From the NCBI GenBank assembly GCA_965240465.1, contig OZ251219.1, positions 1,056,001 to 1,120,000 of the forward strand: a stretch of 64,000 nt of DNA, given 5' to 3'. The first letter of the stretch is position 1. Every line of letters starts with the position of its first letter. The notes below the pieces were generated by a model. The model ran no database searches. It was not told the origin of the DNA and saw nothing but the letters and a program-made list of their open reading frames with translations. The DNA comes from a bacterium (GTDB lineage Bacteria > SAR324 > JACQKK01). Positions 1 to 9,982 of this stretch are shown here, in pieces. The position numbers and the translations under genes were made by a program.

Positions 1-638
1 CTATAAGCGGATTTGCAGCCATGAAGGCTCTTTCCACTCGCAATGATGATCCAACCAGGGCTTCCTGCCCTTATGATGTTAATCGGGACGGCTTTGTCAT
101 GGGTGAAGGGGCAGGGATACTAATCCTGGAAGAATATGAACATGCCCGCAAACGTGGGGCCCCTATCTACTGTGAATTGAAAGGCTATGGTGTTAGTTCC
201 GATGCCCATCACATCACCACCCCCAGTGCCGAAGGACCCGAACGCAGTATGAACAATGCTATTAGCGACGCTCAGTTGTCCATAGACGAAATAGACTACA
301 TCAATGCCCATGGCACCTCTACCCCAGTAGGTGATATTAACGAAATGAAGGCTATTAAAGCCGTCTTTGGCGAACGAGCTAACAAAGTTAGTATTTCTGC
401 TACCAAATCCATGATAGGACATTTGCTAGGGGCTGCTGGTGCCGTAGAAGCGATAGCCTCCATTAAGTGTTTAATTAACGGGATTGTGCATCCTTCTATC
501 AACATTGAAGAGTTAGATCCAGAATGCAACCTGAACGTCACCCCCAATGTAGCCAAAGAAATGCCTATAAATGCCGTCATGAGCAACTCTTTCGGTTTTG
601 GTGGTACCAATGCGACGCTCATCTTTCAAAAAATTTAA
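1..638 (+). CDS. fabF: 3-oxoacyl-ACP synthase II, C-terminal part (5' end outside window)
   Basis: [31 protein letters not shown] and [10 protein letters not shown] ketoacyl-synthase motifs. Confidence 0.95.
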   Translation, partial: ISGFAAMKALSTRNDDPTRASCPYDVNRDGFVMGEGAGILILEEYEHARKRGAPIYCELKGYGVSSDAHHITTPSAEGPERSMNNAISDAQLSIDEIDYINAHGTSTPVGDINEMKAIKAVFGERANKVSISATKSMIGHLLGAAGAVEAIASIKCLINGIVHPSINIEELDPECNLNVTPNVAKEMPINAVMSNSFGFGGTNATLIFQKI

Positions 639-691
639 TTTTTTACAGCACTCGAGACAATTTCAAGCATTTCCTTTGAGAATTATCTCTT

Positions 692-1069
692 ATGATCGTC
701 AAAAGCCTAAGATATACTAAAACACATGAATGGATAAAAGAAGAAGGCAACGTTGTCACCATTGGTATTACAGATTATGCACAAGAACAGCTAACCGAAG
801 TGGTATATGCAGAATTGCCAGAAATAGGTAAGCAATTGAGTGCCGGTGATACGGCTGCTGTGTTGGAATCAGTCAAATCAGTGAGCGATATATATGCTCC
901 TGTGACTGGTAGGGTGGCGAAAGTAAATGCGGCCCTAGTTGATACTCCAGATATTATCAATACCAGCCCCTATGATGAAGGCTGGATATTTAGTTTGGAA
1001 GTAGAAAATATAGAGGGTGATTTCATGGATGCAGATGCCTATCAAGCCTTCATTGGGGAAGATTCTTAG
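692..1069 (+). CDS. gcvH: Glycine cleavage system H protein (lipoyl carrier)
   Basis: YTKTHEW, GITDYAQEQL, ESVKSVSDIYAPVTG (lipoyl Lys), INTSPYDEGW. Confidence 0.95.
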   Translation: MIVKSLRYTKTHEWIKEEGNVVTIGITDYAQEQLTEVVYAELPEIGKQLSAGDTAAVLESVKSVSDIYAPVTGRVAKVNAALVDTPDIINTSPYDEGWIFSLEVENIEGDFMDADAYQAFIGEDS

Positions 1070-1088
1070 TACGCTTTCTGGGGTCCTG

Positions 1089-1265
1089 TTAGGGTTTGTT
1101 AGTACGGTTGCGAAGAGAATCCTCCAGGGAGATTACATTGTCTCCCAGTCCCTCCAAATTATCTTTTATTTTATTCCATTTACCGCAATGCGGGCAGCAT
1201 CCCATCCATTTTGAGAGGCGTTTGAGGCATGCGTGGCAGACAAATCCTCGTCTTTTTTTGGTCAT
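1089..1265 (-). CDS. 58-aa RadA/Sms-type zinc-ribbon mini-protein (not in ORF track)
   Basis: Hand translation: MTKKRRGFVCHACLKRLSKWMGCCPHCGKWNKIKDNLEGLGDNVISLEDSLRNRTNKP*. The F-x-C-x2-C-x6-W-x-G-x-C-P-x-C-x2-W-N pattern matches the RadA N-terminus. Confidence 0.7.
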   Translation of the reverse strand: MTKKRRGFVCHACLKRLSKWMGCCPHCGKWNKIKDNLEGLGDNVISLEDSLRNRTNKP

Positions 1266-1364
1266 AGCTGAAGATAGAAGTAGGGGTTGCTAGGTACAAA
1301 TTGTAGCACACCTAGCAATCTTAGCTGAAAGGCGCGTGAGCGGTATGCTCGTAGTATCCATGGA

Positions 1365-1739
1365 TCAATCATTTGTTATGGCTTCTGGTGCTTCTAAGGT
1401 GTAGGTTTCGGGCGAGCTGCTTTCAGTCTCGCTTTTGCGAGGCAAATCCATATCTTGAGAGGACAGTTCTGGCTGAGGGCTATCAGTAGAGGTTGTGGTT
1501 GTTGGTATAGCTATGGACAGCAGCACCTGCTGCAATTCGCTTTTCCACTCTGTAAAGGAGACAGATTGGGTTTCTCCTTGGGTGTTGATGATCCAGCTGC
1601 TTTCCTTTGTCAGTCGTAATTCTTGTGTTTTTGCAACTAGGGTCGCCACAGATTGAGATGGATGTAATTGCTCTTTGCCTTCTGTGGGAATCAGAGAAGA
1701 CTGTGATGAAATGGTGCTATCTGAGTTATTCATAGTCAT
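1365..1739 (-). CDS. Hypothetical protein, S/T/E-rich
   Basis: 124-aa ATG-started ORF in an otherwise empty interval; no recognisable family. Confidence 0.5.
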   Translation of the reverse strand: MTMNNSDSTISSQSSLIPTEGKEQLHPSQSVATLVAKTQELRLTKESSWIINTQGETQSVSFTEWKSELQQVLLSIAIPTTTTSTDSPQPELSSQDMDLPRKSETESSSPETYTLEAPEAITND

Positions 1740-3753
1740 TTACGATAAATTATTATAATGATTTTAATAGAATATCCTTGCGTTTGTGCATTTTTTTTGT
1801 TACAACCCGCTGTATGTAGTGTTTCTCATCATTTCCTTATTGCCAGATTTGGTTATTTACATCAAGTTAATTTTGTTTCTGTGGATGTTGTTTTAATATT
1901 TTTAACCTAGGCTGGCTGTTTTATTCGGTTAGCGCAAATTGAAAGATAGTATGTTAATTAAAAAATTTAAGATGGGGGTTAGAATGGTAACAGCTTTGTG
2001 GTGCTTGTTTTGTTTGTGGATAATCCCGGGCACACCAGAGGTTTGGTCGCAGACTAAAGCTGTAGTGCAGGGTAGTTCCAAGGCTAAAGTAAGTGGTCTA
2101 AGGAGAGGTACGTTTAGCGTGGACCCTGTGACACTACACCCCCTGAATGCAACTGGCCTTTATGCCCAGAATATATTGGGTTCTATCTACGAAGATTTGC
2201 TGGAGCTAAGTTATGAAAAATTGGAATACACCCCTTTGTTGGCAAAACGCTTTGAGGTTTCCAAAGACAAACTGACTTATACGTTTTACTTGAATCCCAA
2301 GGCAAAATGGGCGGATGGCAAGCCACTAACTGCTGAGGATGTGAAATTCAGCATGGATTTGCTACTTAATAAAAAGCTGAAGACGTTTGCTAAATGGCAG
2401 TCCTACTATTCTAGGGTAAAAAGTGTGAAAGTTCTGGATCCCCATACTGTACGTTTCAATCTTACTGAAGATCATTTTCTAAACATGGTGAGTCTCGCGG
2501 GGATAAGGGTAGTACCGAAACACATGTTTAATTTAGATGAACCTAATAAAACCAAGCTTACCAAGAAGCCAGTGGGTAGTGGGGCGTATCGCATGACACG
2601 CCGTAAGAGGGGAAATAGCATACTGCTGGAACGACGTGATGATTATTGGGGTTGGGATTTGCCGCAAAATAAATATCGCTTCAACGCTAAGCACGAACTG
2701 ACAAAAATTATTCTTAATGACAAAGTTGCTTTGGAAACATTCAAGAAAAAGGAACTGGACATACTTTCCTTGACAGCCAAACAATGGGTACATGAAACTA
2801 AAGATCCAAGGTTTGGGATTGGTAGACAACCAAATAAACCCTTTGTAAAGTTGCAGGTACGAAACAAACAGCCTCGCTCATACCGCTATGTAGGTTGGAA
2901 TCTGGAGTCCCCCCTATTTAATGATCGCCGCGTAAGAATAGCTTTGTCTCACCTTTTTGATCGTAAGACAATCATTGATAAATTTTACTTCAATTTACAT
3001 GTTCCCGCGGTGGGCCCATTTGAAGTCAATTCTGTTTACTCTTCTCCTAAAGTAAAGCCGATTAAATTCTCCATTCCCAAGGCCATTGCTTTGTTGAAAG
3101 CCGCCGGTTGGAAAGATACTGATAAAGATGGAATAGTAGACAAAAATGGGCGACCTTTGAGATTTACCGTCCTTACCGCTGATAATGAAACTTCACCAAA
3201 ATTGCTCACCCTGACGCAAGGTAACATGCGTCAGGCAGGAGTAGACTTGAAAATTAAAGTAGTAGAATGGTCAACCCTTCTAAAGATAATTGATGAATAT
3301 ACTTATGATGCTGTGATGTTAGGTTGGTCACGGGGTATTTGGACAGACCCGACCGCTTTGTGGCATTCTAAGGGTGCTGTTGCCGGTGGCTTGAATCTTG
3401 TACGCTACAAAAACCCAGAAGTAGACAAGTTGATCGATAGAGCTGCTAAATCTGTTGGTACCAAGGAACGGATTCGTTTGTATCGCAAGGTTCATGAGTT
3501 GATACACAGAGATCAGCCATATGCTTTTATGGTAGAACAAGCCGCCTCTTTCTATGCGTATAATGCTGATTTGCAACAGGCAAAAAAGTGGTACAACTAT
3601 GCCCTGGGCAGTGATTACTGGTGGCTTGAAAAGCCAGCTAAGACTAAATAACAAAAGCTTTCTATGTACACATAACGTTGTGCATAAGGAGCTATGGAGA
3701 TGGAAGAATGTCAGTTTGATTTGGTGGTGGTTGGTGGCGGTCCTGCGGGGTAT
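1604..3753 (+). repeat. Direct repeat copy 1 (2150 bp) of tandem duplication
   Basis: Matches 4014..6163 at offset 2410, with about 9 substitutions found by eye. Confidence 0.95.
1939..3651 (+). CDS. ABC transporter family 5 (oligopeptide-type) solute-binding protein, copy 1
   Basis: N-terminal hydrophobic signal; LTYTFYLNPKAKWADGKPLTAEDVKFS family-5 signature; PVGSGAY; FNDRRVR. Start may be a downstream ATG. Confidence 0.9.
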   Translation: MKDSMLIKKFKMGVRMVTALWCLFCLWIIPGTPEVWSQTKAVVQGSSKAKVSGLRRGTFSVDPVTLHPLNATGLYAQNILGSIYEDLLELSYEKLEYTPLLAKRFEVSKDKLTYTFYLNPKAKWADGKPLTAEDVKFSMDLLLNKKLKTFAKWQSYYSRVKSVKVLDPHTVRFNLTEDHFLNMVSLAGIRVVPKHMFNLDEPNKTKLTKKPVGSGAYRMTRRKRGNSILLERRDDYWGWDLPQNKYRFNAKHELTKIILNDKVALETFKKKELDILSLTAKQWVHETKDPRFGIGRQPNKPFVKLQVRNKQPRSYRYVGWNLESPLFNDRRVRIALSHLFDRKTIIDKFYFNLHVPAVGPFEVNSVYSSPKVKPIKFSIPKAIALLKAAGWKDTDKDGIVDKNGRPLRFTVLTADNETSPKLLTLTQGNMRQAGVDLKIKVVEWSTLLKIIDEYTYDAVMLGWSRGIWTDPTALWHSKGAVAGGLNLVRYKNPEVDKLIDRAAKSVGTKERIRLYRKVHELIHRDQPYAFMVEQAASFYAYNADLQQAKKWYNYALGSDYWWLEKPAKTK

Positions 3754-4029
3754 AATGCAACTGGCGTTTATGCCCAGAATATATTGGGTTCTATCTACGA
3801 AGATTTGCTGGAGCTAAGTTATGAAAAATTGGAATACACCCCTTTGTTGGCAAAACGCTTTGAGGTTTCCAAAGACAAACTGACTTATACGTTTTACTTG
3901 AATCCCGAGGCAAAATGGGCGGATGGCAAGCCACTAACTGCTGAGGATGTGAAATTCAGCATGGATTTGCTACTTAATAAAAAGCTGAAGACGTTTGCTA
4001 AATGGCAGTCCTACCTTTGTCAGTCGTAA
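3694..4029 (+). pseudogene. Chimeric ORF: first 20 codons of lpdA fused in frame to an internal oppA fragment
   Basis: MEMEECQFDLVVVGGGPAGY is identical to the lpdA start and is followed by NATGVYAQ...KWQSY from the SBP; it spans the duplication junction. Confidence 0.75.
3754..4014 (+). repeat. Third partial copy (261 bp) of SBP coding segment
   Basis: Matches 2146..2406 and 4556..4816; carries the copy-2 allele (ggcgtt) plus a private aag>gag change. Confidence 0.9.
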
Positions 4030-6163
4030 TTCTTGTGTTTTTGCAACTAGGGTCGCCACAGATTGAGATGGATGTAATTGCTCTTTGCCTTCTGTGGGAA
4101 TCAGAGAAGACTGTGATGAAATGGTGCTATCTGAGTTATTCATAGTCATTTACGATAAATTATTATAATGATTTTAATAGAATATCCTTGCGTTTGTGCA
4201 TTTTTTTTGTTACAACCCGCTGTATGTAGTGTTTCTCATCATTTCCTTACTGCCAGATTTGGTTATTTACATCAAGTTGATTTTGTTTCTGTGGATGTTG
4301 TTTTAATATTTTTAACCTAGGCTGGCTGTTTTATTCGGTTAGCACAAATTGAAAGATAGTATGTTAATTAAAAAATTTAAGATGGGGGTTAGAATGGTAA
4401 CAGCTTTGTGGTGCTTGTTTTGTTTGTGGATAATCCCGGGCACACCAGAGGTTTGGTCGCAGACTAAAGCTGTAGTGCAGGGTAGTTCCAAGGCTAAAGT
4501 AGGTGGTCTAAGGAGAGGTACGTTTAGCGTGGACCCTGTGACACTACACCCCCTGAATGCAACTGGCGTTTATGCCCAGAATATATTGGGTTCTATCTAC
4601 GAAGATTTGCTGGAGCTAAGTTATGAAAAATTGGAATACACCCCTTTGTTGGCAAAACGCTTTGAGGTTTCCAAAGACAAACTGACTTATACGTTTTACT
4701 TGAATCCCAAGGCAAAATGGGCGGATGGCAAGCCACTAACTGCTGAGGATGTGAAATTCAGCATGGATTTGCTACTTAATAAAAAGCTGAAGACGTTTGC
4801 TAAATGGCAGTCCTACTATTCTAGGGTAAAAAGTGTGAAAGTTCTGGATCCCCATACTGTACGTTTCAATCTTACTGAAGATCATTTTCTAAACATGGTG
4901 AGTCTCGCGGGGATAAGGGTAGTACCGAAACACATGTTTAATTTAGATGAACCTAATAAAACCAAGCTTACCAAGAAGCCAGTGGGTAGTGGGGCGTATC
5001 GCATGACACGCCGTAAGAGGGGAAATAGCATACTGCTGGAACGACGTGATGATTATTGGGGTTGGGATTTGCCGCAAAATAAATATCGCTTCAACGCTAA
5101 GCACGAACTGACAAAAATTATTCTTAATGACAAAGTTGCTTTGGAAACATTCAAGAAAAAGGAACTGGACATACTTTCCTTGACAGCCAAACAATGGGTA
5201 CATGAAACTAAAGATCCAAGGTTTGGGATTGGTAGACAACCAAATAAACCCTTTGTAAAGTTGCAGGTACGAAACAAACAGCCTCGCTCATACGGCTATG
5301 TAGGTTGGAATCTGGAGTCCCCCCTATTTAATGATCGCCGCGTAAGAATGGCTTTGTCTCACCTTTTTGATCGTAAGACAATCATTGATAAATTTTACTT
5401 CAATTTACGTGTTCCCGCGGTGGGCCCATTTGAAGTCAATTCTGTTTACTCTTCTCCTAAAGTAAAGCCGATTAAATTCTCCATTCCCAAGGCCATTGCT
5501 TTGTTGAAAGCCGCCGGTTGGAAAGATACTGATAAAGATGGAATAGTAGACAAAAATGGGCGACCTTTGAGATTTACCGTCCTTACCGCTGATAATGAAA
5601 CTTCACCAAAATTGCTCACCCTGACGCAAGGTAACATGCGTCAGGCAGGAGTAGACTTGAAAATTAAAGTAGTAGAATGGTCAACCCTTCTAAAGATAAT
5701 TGATGAATATACTTATGATGCTGTGATGTTAGGTTGGTCACGGGGTATTTGGACAGACCCGACCGCTTTGTGGCATTCTAAGGGTGCTGTTGCCGGTGGC
5801 TTGAATCTTGTACGCTACAAAAACCCAGAAGTAGACAAGTTGATCGATAGAGCTGCTAAATCTGTTGGTACCAAGGAACGGATTCGTTTGTATCGCAAGG
5901 TTCATGAGTTGATACACAGAGATCAGCCATATGCTTTTATGGTAGAACAGGCCGCCTCTTTCTATGCGTATAATGCTGATTTGCAACAGGCAAAAAAGTG
6001 GTACAACTATGCCCTGGGCAGTGATTACTGGTGGCTTGAAAAGCCAGCTAAGACTAAATAACAAAAGCTTTCTATGTACACATAACGTTGTGCATAAGGA
6101 GCTATGGAGATGGAAGAATGTCAGTTTGATTTGGTGGTGGTTGGTGGCGGTCCTGCGGGGTAT
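4014..6163 (+). repeat. Direct repeat copy 2 (2150 bp)
   Basis: Matches 1604..3753 and continues into intact lpdA. Confidence 0.95.
4349..6061 (+). CDS. ABC transporter family 5 solute-binding protein, copy 2
   Basis: Same motifs as copy 1; 5 amino-acid differences (S/G, L/V, R/G, I/M, H/R). Confidence 0.9.
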   Translation: MKDSMLIKKFKMGVRMVTALWCLFCLWIIPGTPEVWSQTKAVVQGSSKAKVGGLRRGTFSVDPVTLHPLNATGVYAQNILGSIYEDLLELSYEKLEYTPLLAKRFEVSKDKLTYTFYLNPKAKWADGKPLTAEDVKFSMDLLLNKKLKTFAKWQSYYSRVKSVKVLDPHTVRFNLTEDHFLNMVSLAGIRVVPKHMFNLDEPNKTKLTKKPVGSGAYRMTRRKRGNSILLERRDDYWGWDLPQNKYRFNAKHELTKIILNDKVALETFKKKELDILSLTAKQWVHETKDPRFGIGRQPNKPFVKLQVRNKQPRSYGYVGWNLESPLFNDRRVRMALSHLFDRKTIIDKFYFNLRVPAVGPFEVNSVYSSPKVKPIKFSIPKAIALLKAAGWKDTDKDGIVDKNGRPLRFTVLTADNETSPKLLTLTQGNMRQAGVDLKIKVVEWSTLLKIIDEYTYDAVMLGWSRGIWTDPTALWHSKGAVAGGLNLVRYKNPEVDKLIDRAAKSVGTKERIRLYRKVHELIHRDQPYAFMVEQAASFYAYNADLQQAKKWYNYALGSDYWWLEKPAKTK

Positions 6164-7519
6164 GTGGCTGCTATTCGGGGATCTCAACTGGGAATGAGCG
6201 TGGTGTGTGTGGAGAAGCATGCCGCATTGGGGGGAGCTTGCTTGAACGTGGGATGTATCCCTAGTAAGGCACTGTTGGAATCTAGTGAATTGTACTCACA
6301 TGCTCAACATGGAATGTCTGTGCATGGAGTAAATATCACGGGGGCTAAACTAAACTTGTCGGCCATGATGGCAAGGAAGAATAAGGTGGTGTCAAATACC
6401 ACTCGGGGGATTGACATGCTATTGAAAAAAAACAAGGTCAAAAGAATTGAAGGAAAAGGCCAATTGTTGGGTAGTGGAAAGGTGATGGTCAAGTTGGCTA
6501 CGGGGAAGTCAATGACATTAAGCTACAAGCATTTGTTGTTGGCCACAGGTAGTAAGCCCGTAGAGCTGCCAAAAGTACCATTTGATGGTCAACAGGTCAT
6601 CGATTCCACTGCAGCACTGAGTTTGGATAAGGTTCCAGAACATATGATAGTAGTGGGAGGCGGTGCGATTGGTTTGGAAATGGGTTCGGTGTGGATGCGA
6701 TTGGGTGCCAAGGTGAGTATCATAGAGATGAGCAATACTCTGCTAGGAGGATTAGATTCTGAAATAAGTGCACTGGCGGAGAAGGTGTTTAAGAAGCAAG
6801 GTTTTTATTTCTATTTGGGTGCAAAACTTGAGCAGGTAAAACGATCAAAGCAGGGGGTATCGGCTTACTTGAAAAAGCCAAATGGTGATCAAGAAGAGCT
6901 ACAGGGGGATGTGATGTTGGTTTCTGTAGGCAGGCGACCATGTACAGATGGGTTAGGTCTGCAAGAAGCAGGAGTGAAGCAGGATGAGCGGGGAAATATT
7001 GTGGTAGATGATTCATATCAGACCAGTGTGGCGGGAGTGTATGCGGTGGGTGATGTGATAGCAGGTCCTATGCTAGCCCATAAAGCATCCGAAGAGGCAG
7101 TGGCGGTAGTAGAAAATCTGGCAAGCAAAGCTGCAACACGTTTGAACTATAGAGCAATTCCCTGTGTTGTGTATACCTGGCCTGAGATTGCTTGGGTAGG
7201 AAAGGGCGAAAATGAACTAAAGCAGAGTGGAATAGCCTATAATGTAGGCAAGTATCCGTTTATGGCCAATGCTCGTGCTCGTACCATGGACGAAACAGAA
7301 GGGTTGGTAAAAGTACTGGCCGATGCAAAAAATGACCGACTACTCGGATTGTGGATCTTTGGAGCACGGGCATCAGACATGATTTCAGAAGCATCCTTGG
7401 CTATGGAATTTGGTGCCAATGCAGAAGATATTGCTCGCTCAGTGCACGCCCATCCGACCTTATCGGAGGCTATCAAGGAAGCCGCCTTGGCAGTAGGTAG
7501 TGGGGCAATACACATTTAG
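6104..7519 (+). CDS. lpdA: Dihydrolipoamide dehydrogenase (E3)
   Basis: GGGPAGY FAD motif, GGACLNVGCIPSK redox disulfide, HAHPTLSE; aaggag SD upstream. Confidence 0.97.
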   Translation: MEMEECQFDLVVVGGGPAGYVAAIRGSQLGMSVVCVEKHAALGGACLNVGCIPSKALLESSELYSHAQHGMSVHGVNITGAKLNLSAMMARKNKVVSNTTRGIDMLLKKNKVKRIEGKGQLLGSGKVMVKLATGKSMTLSYKHLLLATGSKPVELPKVPFDGQQVIDSTAALSLDKVPEHMIVVGGGAIGLEMGSVWMRLGAKVSIIEMSNTLLGGLDSEISALAEKVFKKQGFYFYLGAKLEQVKRSKQGVSAYLKKPNGDQEELQGDVMLVSVGRRPCTDGLGLQEAGVKQDERGNIVVDDSYQTSVAGVYAVGDVIAGPMLAHKASEEAVAVVENLASKAATRLNYRAIPCVVYTWPEIAWVGKGENELKQSGIAYNVGKYPFMANARARTMDETEGLVKVLADAKNDRLLGLWIFGARASDMISEASLAMEFGANAEDIARSVHAHPTLSEAIKEAALAVGSGAIHI

Positions 7520-7716
7520 AAAAAATGAAGCTATATCTGGTGGTTTTTCAATGACTGCTATAGGATTTTAGAAAAGCAATAAACGGTTAGAGATGTTCTC
7601 TTACCCTAAAAAAACTTGCAATATGAAGGACAAATTGGATACATTGATACCCCGCTGGGATATAATTTACGGGGAGGAGTGATGGGTCCTTTGTTTCAAG
7701 CATTAAAGGGGTTTAT

Positions 7717-8778
7717 ATGGCACAAGCAAAAAAGAGACACCTACACGCAGTAGAAAAACCTAAGCTGCTAGACATAAAAGATTTGACCCAACGACAGCAA
7801 GAGTTGCTGAATGAATTGGGAGCTAAAAAATTGGTACAGATGTATCGGGATATGTTTTTAATTCGCTCGTTTGAGCGATATGCTGAGCATATGTATCAAC
7901 AGCAAAAGATTAGAGGATTCTTGCACGTGTACATGGGGCAAGAAGCGGTAGGGGTCGGTATGCTCAGTGCCTTGCGAAAAGATGACTATGTTACCGCTTC
8001 TTATCGTGATCATGGAATCTCGCTGGCCTTGGGCTTAGATCCTGGGGCTTGCATGGCAGAATTGTTCGGCAAAGCGACAGGAGTATCAGGAGGTCGGGGA
8101 GGTTCAATGCATTATTATAGCAAGGATAAAAATTTATTTGGTGGTCATGGAATTGTAGGTGGTCAAATTCCGGTGGGCTTGGGGGCTGGCTTTGCTACTT
8201 ATTATGAGGGTAGCGACAAAGTCAGTTTGGTGCTAATGGGTGATGGTGCGGTGCAGCAGGGTTCTTTTCACGAGTGTTGCAATATGGCAGGATTGTGGCA
8301 GTTGCCAGTTCTATTTGTGATAGAAGACAACATGTATGGCATGGGTACCTCGGTTGATAGGGCTTCTGCAGTGAGTGATTTTACACTAAAAGGAGAGGGA
8401 TACGCGATGGAGTCCTTTCATGTGGATGGGATGAATCTGCTGGATTGCTATGCCACAATAAGCGATGCGGTAGCTGTCCGACGTAAAAAACCTTCCCCTT
8501 TGTTAGTAGTAGCAAAGACGTATAGATATCGTGGGCACTCCATTTCGGATCCTGCGGGTTATCGCAGTAAGTTAGAAGTTGAACATTATCGGCAAATGGA
8601 TCCTATCCAACAAATAAAAGGGTTGCTACTCAAATTAAACTGGCTGACCGATGATACCGTCAAACAGCTGGAACACGATGTGCGTAACCAAATACAGGAA
8701 GCAATAAAATTTGCTGAAGAAAGTCCCGAGCCAGAGCTTTCAGATCTAGGGAAACATGTATTTGCTGAAGAGATATAA
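7717..8778 (+). CDS. pdhA: Pyruvate dehydrogenase E1 alpha
   Basis: IRGFLHVYMGQEAV, GRGGSMH, GDGA...N TPP motif, TYRYRGHS. Confidence 0.95.
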   Translation: MAQAKKRHLHAVEKPKLLDIKDLTQRQQELLNELGAKKLVQMYRDMFLIRSFERYAEHMYQQQKIRGFLHVYMGQEAVGVGMLSALRKDDYVTASYRDHGISLALGLDPGACMAELFGKATGVSGGRGGSMHYYSKDKNLFGGHGIVGGQIPVGLGAGFATYYEGSDKVSLVLMGDGAVQQGSFHECCNMAGLWQLPVLFVIEDNMYGMGTSVDRASAVSDFTLKGEGYAMESFHVDGMNLLDCYATISDAVAVRRKKPSPLLVVAKTYRYRGHSISDPAGYRSKLEVEHYRQMDPIQQIKGLLLKLNWLTDDTVKQLEHDVRNQIQEAIKFAEESPEPELSDLGKHVFAEEI

Positions 8779-8909
8779 TTAAGCAGTTAGGATCATTGTA
8801 AAAAAGAAAAATTAGGTGAACCGGCAATGAAAACAATGATGATTATAAATAACAATTATGACAGCGATTATAGCGGTGATATTAAAGTCGCGGCAACAAG
8901 GAGACTGTG

Positions 8910-9893
8910 ATGAGTAAGACGGTCACCACTAGAGAGGCTCTTAGAGAAGCCTTAATTGAAGAAATGGAGCACGATGAGCGTGTGTTTCTGATCGGAGAAG
9001 AAGTAGCCGAATATGATGGGGCATACAAGGTAAGCGAAGGATTGTTAAAGCAGTTTGGAAAGCGTCGGGTAGTGGATACGCCCATCTCCGAGAATGGTTT
9101 TATGGGGCTTTCTGTGGGGGCAGCAATGGCGGGGTTAAGGCCAGTTGTTGAATTTATGAGCTTTAATTTTTCTTTGGTGGCCTTGGATCAAGTTTTTTCT
9201 AATGCAGCCAAGACTTGCTATATGTCGGCAGGACAGTTTAATTTACCGATGGTGATGCGAGGACCTGGAGGGGCAGCGGCTGGAGTTTCATCTCAACATT
9301 CCAACTGTTTGGAGAGTTTCTTCGCGTATATGCCAGGGCTCAAGGTGGTTATGCCAGCTACGCCTAATGACGCCAAAGGTTTGTTGAAGACCGCGATCCG
9401 GGATGAGAATCCAGTGGTATTCATAGAAAATGAATTGCTGTATGGAATATCGGGGGAAGTGGAAAGCGGGGAAGTTTTAATTCCATTTGGGAAAGCACGC
9501 ATTACCAAGCTAGGCAAGGATGTGACCATCGTTGCCCATAGTAATATGCAGCATATGCTGACTACCAAGTTGGCAGAATTTGAGGCAGAAGGAATTGATG
9601 TGGAATTGATAGATCCGCGTACCATCAAACCCCTTGATATTGACACCATTGTGGAGTCGGTAAGAAAAACGCATAGAATGGTGGTGATGGAAGAAGGGCA
9701 TCGCTTTGCTGGAGTAGGAGCAGAAATTGCTGACCAAACTTACAATTGTTGCTTTGATGAATTAGATGCTCCTATCTTACGAGTGGCTCAAAGCGAAAAC
9801 CCCTTGCCTTATGCTAAGAATTTAGAAGCGGCTTCCTTGCCTTCGGTTGGTCAAGTAATAAGAGCTGCCAAAGAGGTTTTATATCGAAATTAG
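8910..9893 (+). CDS. pdhB: Pyruvate dehydrogenase E1 beta
   Basis: GEEVAEYDGAYKVS, DTPISE, RPVVEFM, QHS. Confidence 0.95.
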   Translation: MSKTVTTREALREALIEEMEHDERVFLIGEEVAEYDGAYKVSEGLLKQFGKRRVVDTPISENGFMGLSVGAAMAGLRPVVEFMSFNFSLVALDQVFSNAAKTCYMSAGQFNLPMVMRGPGGAAAGVSSQHSNCLESFFAYMPGLKVVMPATPNDAKGLLKTAIRDENPVVFIENELLYGISGEVESGEVLIPFGKARITKLGKDVTIVAHSNMQHMLTTKLAEFEAEGIDVELIDPRTIKPLDIDTIVESVRKTHRMVVMEEGHRFAGVGAEIADQTYNCCFDELDAPILRVAQSENPLPYAKNLEAASLPSVGQVIRAAKEVLYRN

Positions 9894-9982
9894 TGGAAAG
9901 GAGGGGGGATTTCTGGCAGTGGAACGAAGTTTTGATGCAGTGTGTTTAGTGCAGTGGAAATGAAATTAAGAAAGGATACATA

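Noticed and set aside
639-691. Glycine riboswitch upstream of gcvH
   Set aside because: The gap is only 53 nt with no aptamer motif.
1365-1739. Similarity to the 23565 ORF (ESSWIIN versus DSNWFIN)
   Set aside because: Match is too short to distinguish from chance.
3754-4014. Possible diversity-generating retroelement template repeat
   Set aside because: No reverse transcriptase in the window, only 1-2 differences, and these are not adenine-specific.
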